NCBI GenBank assembly: GCA_963767925.1
Contig: CAVYGB010000008.1
Span: 3,104,001-3,168,000, forward strand
DNA from: an uncultured delta proteobacterium
GTDB taxonomy: Bacteria > Myxococcota_A > Polyangia > Fen-1088
Direction: 5' to 3'
DNA length: 64,000 bases
Position 1 is the stretch's first letter. Each line of letters starts with the position of its first letter. The notes below the pieces were generated by a model that saw only the letters and a list, made by a program, of their open reading frames with translations, ran no database searches and was not told the origin of the DNA. The position numbers and the translations under genes were made by a program. This document shows positions 60,852 to 64,000 of the stretch, piece after piece.

Positions 60852-62921
60852 ATGAACCGGAGCTGCCGCCGCTTGTCCCCGGGCGCCTTGCTGATCACCC
60901 TCCTGGCCGCCGCGCCTGCGCCCGCCCAGGAGCCGGCGGTGCGGCCGGTGCCCCCGCCCGGCATCACCCTCAAGGAGGCCGACCGCCGGCAGCTCGAGGT
61001 CGAGCTGTCGACCCTGGCCCAGGAGATGAAACGGCTGCGCGCCCGCCCCGAGCTGGCCGCGCTCACCCCCGACGTGGAGATCTACTACCGGGCGGTCGAC
61101 GGCGCCTTCCGCCACGGCGAGTTCTTCGCCGAGGAGGACCTGGTCAAGGCGCGCGCCTTGCTGGCCACCGGCCGGGAGCGGGCCAAGGCGCTGGCCAGCG
61201 GCCGGGCCCCCTGGCTCGAGCAGCCGGGCCCCACCGCCCTCGGGTACGTCTCGAAGCTCGACGGCTCGATCCAGCCTTATGGGCTGTACCTGCCGGAGCG
61301 CTGGGGCCCGCGCCAGCCGGGGCGCTGGCGGCTCGACACCTGGTTCCACGGCCGCCAGGAGAAGCTGTCCGAGGTGGACTTTCTCACCCGCGTCTCGAAG
61401 TCGGGCGGAGACTTCGTGCGCCCCGACGCGCTGACGCTGCAGCCTTACGGGCGCTATTGCAACGGCAGCAAGTTCGCCGGTGAGGTCGACTTCTGGGAGG
61501 CGCTGGCCGACGTCAAGCGCCGCCTCCCCGTCGATGAGGACCGCATCGTCATCCGGGGGTTCTCCCTCGGCGGGCACAGCGCCTGGCACCTCGGCGCCCA
61601 CCACGCCTGGCAGTGGGCGGCGGTGGCCCCGGGGGCCGGCTTCTCGGAGTCGCGGGAGTTTCTCACCCTGGGGTCCAAGGAGCCGCTCGACCCCACCCCC
61701 TGGGAGGCCAAGCTCTGGCAGCTCTACGACGCTCCCCCCTACGCGGCCAACTTCCGCAACGTCCCGCTGGTGGCCTACAGCGGCGAGAAGGACAAGCAGA
61801 AGCAGGCCGCTGACGTCATGGAGAAGGCCCTGGCCGGCGCCGGCATCTCGCTCGTGCACATCATCGGACCGGGCACCGAGCACAAGTACCACCCCGACTC
61901 CAAGGTGGAGATCGACAGGCGGATCGACGCCCTGGCGGCCCGGGGGCGCGAGGTGTTGCCCCGGCGGGTCTCGCTCGCCACCCCCACCCTCAAGTACAAC
62001 CGCCAGGCCTGGGTCCAGGCCGACGGCCTTGGCGAACACTGGCGCGAGGCCCGCATCGACGCCGAGCTGCGCGAGACCGGCGGCGCCACCGGGGTCCTCC
62101 TGCGCACCCGCAACGTCACCGCCCTGAGCCTGCTCGTCCCGAGCGGGCAGGCCCCATTTTTCCCCGGGCAGAACCCCGGCGTCGTCATCGACGGCCAGCG
62201 GCTGGCGGGTCCGCCCATCGCCTCGGACCGCTCCTGGACGGCCGCCTTCCACAAGGCGGGGAGCCGCTGGCGGGCCGGGCCGGTCACCGGCGAGGGCCTG
62301 CGCAAGCGCCACGACCTGCAGGGGCCGATCGACGACGCCTTCATGGGGAGCTTTCTCCACGTCACCCCCTCGGGGAAGTCGTTTTTCCCCCCGGTGGGCG
62401 AGTGGGTCTACGCCGAGCAGATGCGGGCCCACGCCGAGTGGCGGCGCCAGTTCCGGGCCGAGCCCCGCTCGCAGCAGGACAAGCAGGTGAGCGACGCGGA
62501 GATCGCCCAGCACAACCTCGTGCTGTGGGGCGACCCCCAGAGCAACCAGCTCCTGGCCCGCATCGTCGACAAGCTGCCCATCCGCTGGACCAAGGAGGGG
62601 CTGGTGGTCGGCAAGCAGTCGTTCCCCGCCGACAAACACGCGGCCATCCTCGTGTTCCCCAACCCCCTCAACCCCGCGCGCTACGTCGTCCTCAACAGCG
62701 GCTTCACCTTTCGCGAGTTCGACTACCTGAACAACGCCCGCCAGACGCCGAAGCTGCCCGACTGGGCGGTTGTCGACGTCTCGACGAAGCCCGACGCCCG
62801 GGCGCCGGGCAAGGTGGTGGCCGCCGACTTCTTCGGCGAGCGCTGGGAGCTGCGACCGGCAGCGCCCGCCCGCCGCGCCCCCCGCCCGGCCGACAACCGG
62901 AGGGCGGCAAACGCGTTATAA
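60852..62921 (+). CDS. Secreted alpha/beta-hydrolase (prolyl oligopeptidase-like)
   Basis: Signal peptide, nucleophile elbow GFSLGG, YSGEKD, H.Y and LQGPIDDAF. Confidence 0.85.
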   Translation: MNRSCRRLSPGALLITLLAAAPAPAQEPAVRPVPPPGITLKEADRRQLEVELSTLAQEMKRLRARPELAALTPDVEIYYRAVDGAFRHGEFFAEEDLVKARALLATGRERAKALASGRAPWLEQPGPTALGYVSKLDGSIQPYGLYLPERWGPRQPGRWRLDTWFHGRQEKLSEVDFLTRVSKSGGDFVRPDALTLQPYGRYCNGSKFAGEVDFWEALADVKRRLPVDEDRIVIRGFSLGGHSAWHLGAHHAWQWAAVAPGAGFSESREFLTLGSKEPLDPTPWEAKLWQLYDAPPYAANFRNVPLVAYSGEKDKQKQAADVMEKALAGAGISLVHIIGPGTEHKYHPDSKVEIDRRIDALAARGREVLPRRVSLATPTLKYNRQAWVQADGLGEHWREARIDAELRETGGATGVLLRTRNVTALSLLVPSGQAPFFPGQNPGVVIDGQRLAGPPIASDRSWTAAFHKAGSRWRAGPVTGEGLRKRHDLQGPIDDAFMGSFLHVTPSGKSFFPPVGEWVYAEQMRAHAEWRRQFRAEPRSQQDKQVSDAEIAQHNLVLWGDPQSNQLLARIVDKLPIRWTKEGLVVGKQSFPADKHAAILVFPNPLNPARYVVLNSGFTFREFDYLNNARQTPKLPDWAVVDVSTKPDARAPGKVVAADFFGERWELRPAAPARRAPRPADNRRAANAL

Positions 62922-62928
62922 GGCCGGC

Positions 62929-63780
62929 ATGACGAGCGGCAAGAGTGGCAACGGTGGAATGACGAGAAGGAAGCTCATGGAATCTTCACTGGCCCTGGGG
63001 GCGATGGCCGCAACCGCGGCCGCCGGCGAGGCCGAGGCCCAGACCCGCAGCGGCGGCGGGCCCGGCCCCGAGTTCTACGAGCTGCGGGCCTACAAGCTGC
63101 GGCTCGGCAACCAGCCCAAGGTGGTCAACGACTTCCTGGGCGAGGTGTACCTGCCGCTGCTCAACAAGCTCGGCGTCCGCCCGGTGGGCGCCTTCACCCA
63201 GACCTTCGGCCCCGAGGCCCCCACCGTCTACCTGCTGTCTCCTTATCCCTCGCTGGCCGCCTTCGGAACCACCCAGGATCGCATCGCCGCCGAGCTACCG
63301 AAGCTGACCTCCCCGGTGGCGCAGGCCTTCCTGTCGCCGCCCCCCGGCCAGTCGGCCTACCACCGCATCGAGAGCCAGCTCCTGGTGGCCTTCGACAGCT
63401 TCCGCAAGCTGGAGCTGCCGGCGGCCAGCGCCAAGAAAGAGCCGCGCATCTTCGAGCTCCGGATCTACGAGAACCCGGGCGAGCTGGGCCACGCCAAGAA
63501 GGTCGAGATGTTCGGGCCAAAGATGGGGGAGATGACCATCTTCCGCAAGGTCGGGCTCACGCCGGTGATGTTCGCCCGTCGCCTGGTGGGCCCCCGGCAG
63601 CCCAACTTCGCCTACCTGCTGGCCTTCCCCGATCTGGCCGGGCGCGAGGCGGCCTGGAAGCGCTTCCGCGAGGACCCCGACTGGCTCAAGCTGCGCGCCA
63701 CCCCCGGCTACAGCGACGCCGAGATCATGGCCAACATCACCGACCTCATCCTCACCCCCACCGCCTACTCGCAGATCTGA
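62929..63780 (+). CDS. NIPSNAP-domain protein with Tat-like signal
   Basis: TRRKLM signal; YELR.Y and FELRIYE repeats; W..F..DP.W..L...L.P..YSQI. Start may be 62959. Confidence 0.85.
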   Translation: MTSGKSGNGGMTRRKLMESSLALGAMAATAAAGEAEAQTRSGGGPGPEFYELRAYKLRLGNQPKVVNDFLGEVYLPLLNKLGVRPVGAFTQTFGPEAPTVYLLSPYPSLAAFGTTQDRIAAELPKLTSPVAQAFLSPPPGQSAYHRIESQLLVAFDSFRKLELPAASAKKEPRIFELRIYENPGELGHAKKVEMFGPKMGEMTIFRKVGLTPVMFARRLVGPRQPNFAYLLAFPDLAGREAAWKRFREDPDWLKLRATPGYSDAEIMANITDLILTPTAYSQI

Positions 63781-63821
63781 GCGGGGTGACGTTGCGCCGA
63801 TCCTGATCTAAGGTCCCTGCC

Positions 63822-64000
63822 ATGCGCACCCTCCATTCCGTCATGGTCGTTTGCGTCCTGGGCGTGTTCGCGGCGTGCAAGAAGCAAGAGCCTCCGCCTC
63901 CCGCTCCCGACCCGACGCCCCCGCCCAGCGAGCCGGTCAAGCCGGCCGAGCCCCCACCGGCCGCCGAGCCAAAGGCCGAGGAGCCCCCACCGGCCGCGGC
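63822..64000 (+). CDS. Pro-rich lipoprotein, 3'-truncated by the window edge
   Basis: MRTLHSVMVVCVLGVFAAC-KKQEPPPP; frame open to the end of the window. Confidence 0.7.
   Translation, partial: MRTLHSVMVVCVLGVFAACKKQEPPPPAPDPTPPPSEPVKPAEPPPAAEPKAEEPPPAA

Overview
A very GC-rich bacterial chromosome segment. Myxococcota (probably Polyangia-like) is inferred from AglR/Q/S-type motor genes, an oar-mlpA pair, an MXAN_5187-type protein, Myxococcus cysteine-rich repeats and several Ser/Thr kinases. Contents in order: rlmN (partial); an OM protein, bamA and lolD; a GbsR/MarR-family regulator and a tightly coupled futalosine-pathway menaquinone operon; tRNA-Arg(UCG) and tRNA-Lys(CUU); an ECF sigma factor coupled to a zinc-finger/kinase/sensor protein; a MacAB-type exporter; a gliding-type motor locus with two aglR-like genes behind a sigma-54-like promoter; queF, PBP1A, msrA, aroA and purU; a 167-bp palindromic element; secreted proteins (CAP, CBM9, C-type lectin, subtilase, Oar/MlpA); O-methyltransferase, glutaminyl cyclase and aat; and a Planctomycete-style block (cytochrome c-DUF1592, DUF1552, DUF1080, hydrolase, NIPSNAP). 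The best candidate for an undescribed system is the menaquinone operon. It carries a radical-SAM-family paralog of MqnE that has lost the CxxxCxxC motif, an MqnA-MqnC fusion, and an AT-rich operator next to a GbsR-type repressor. At least three genes have single-base frameshifts (two in C homopolymers) that most likely are assembly errors. No integrase, transposase, CRISPR array or rRNA was seen. All family calls come from motif recognition by eye; no database search was run.
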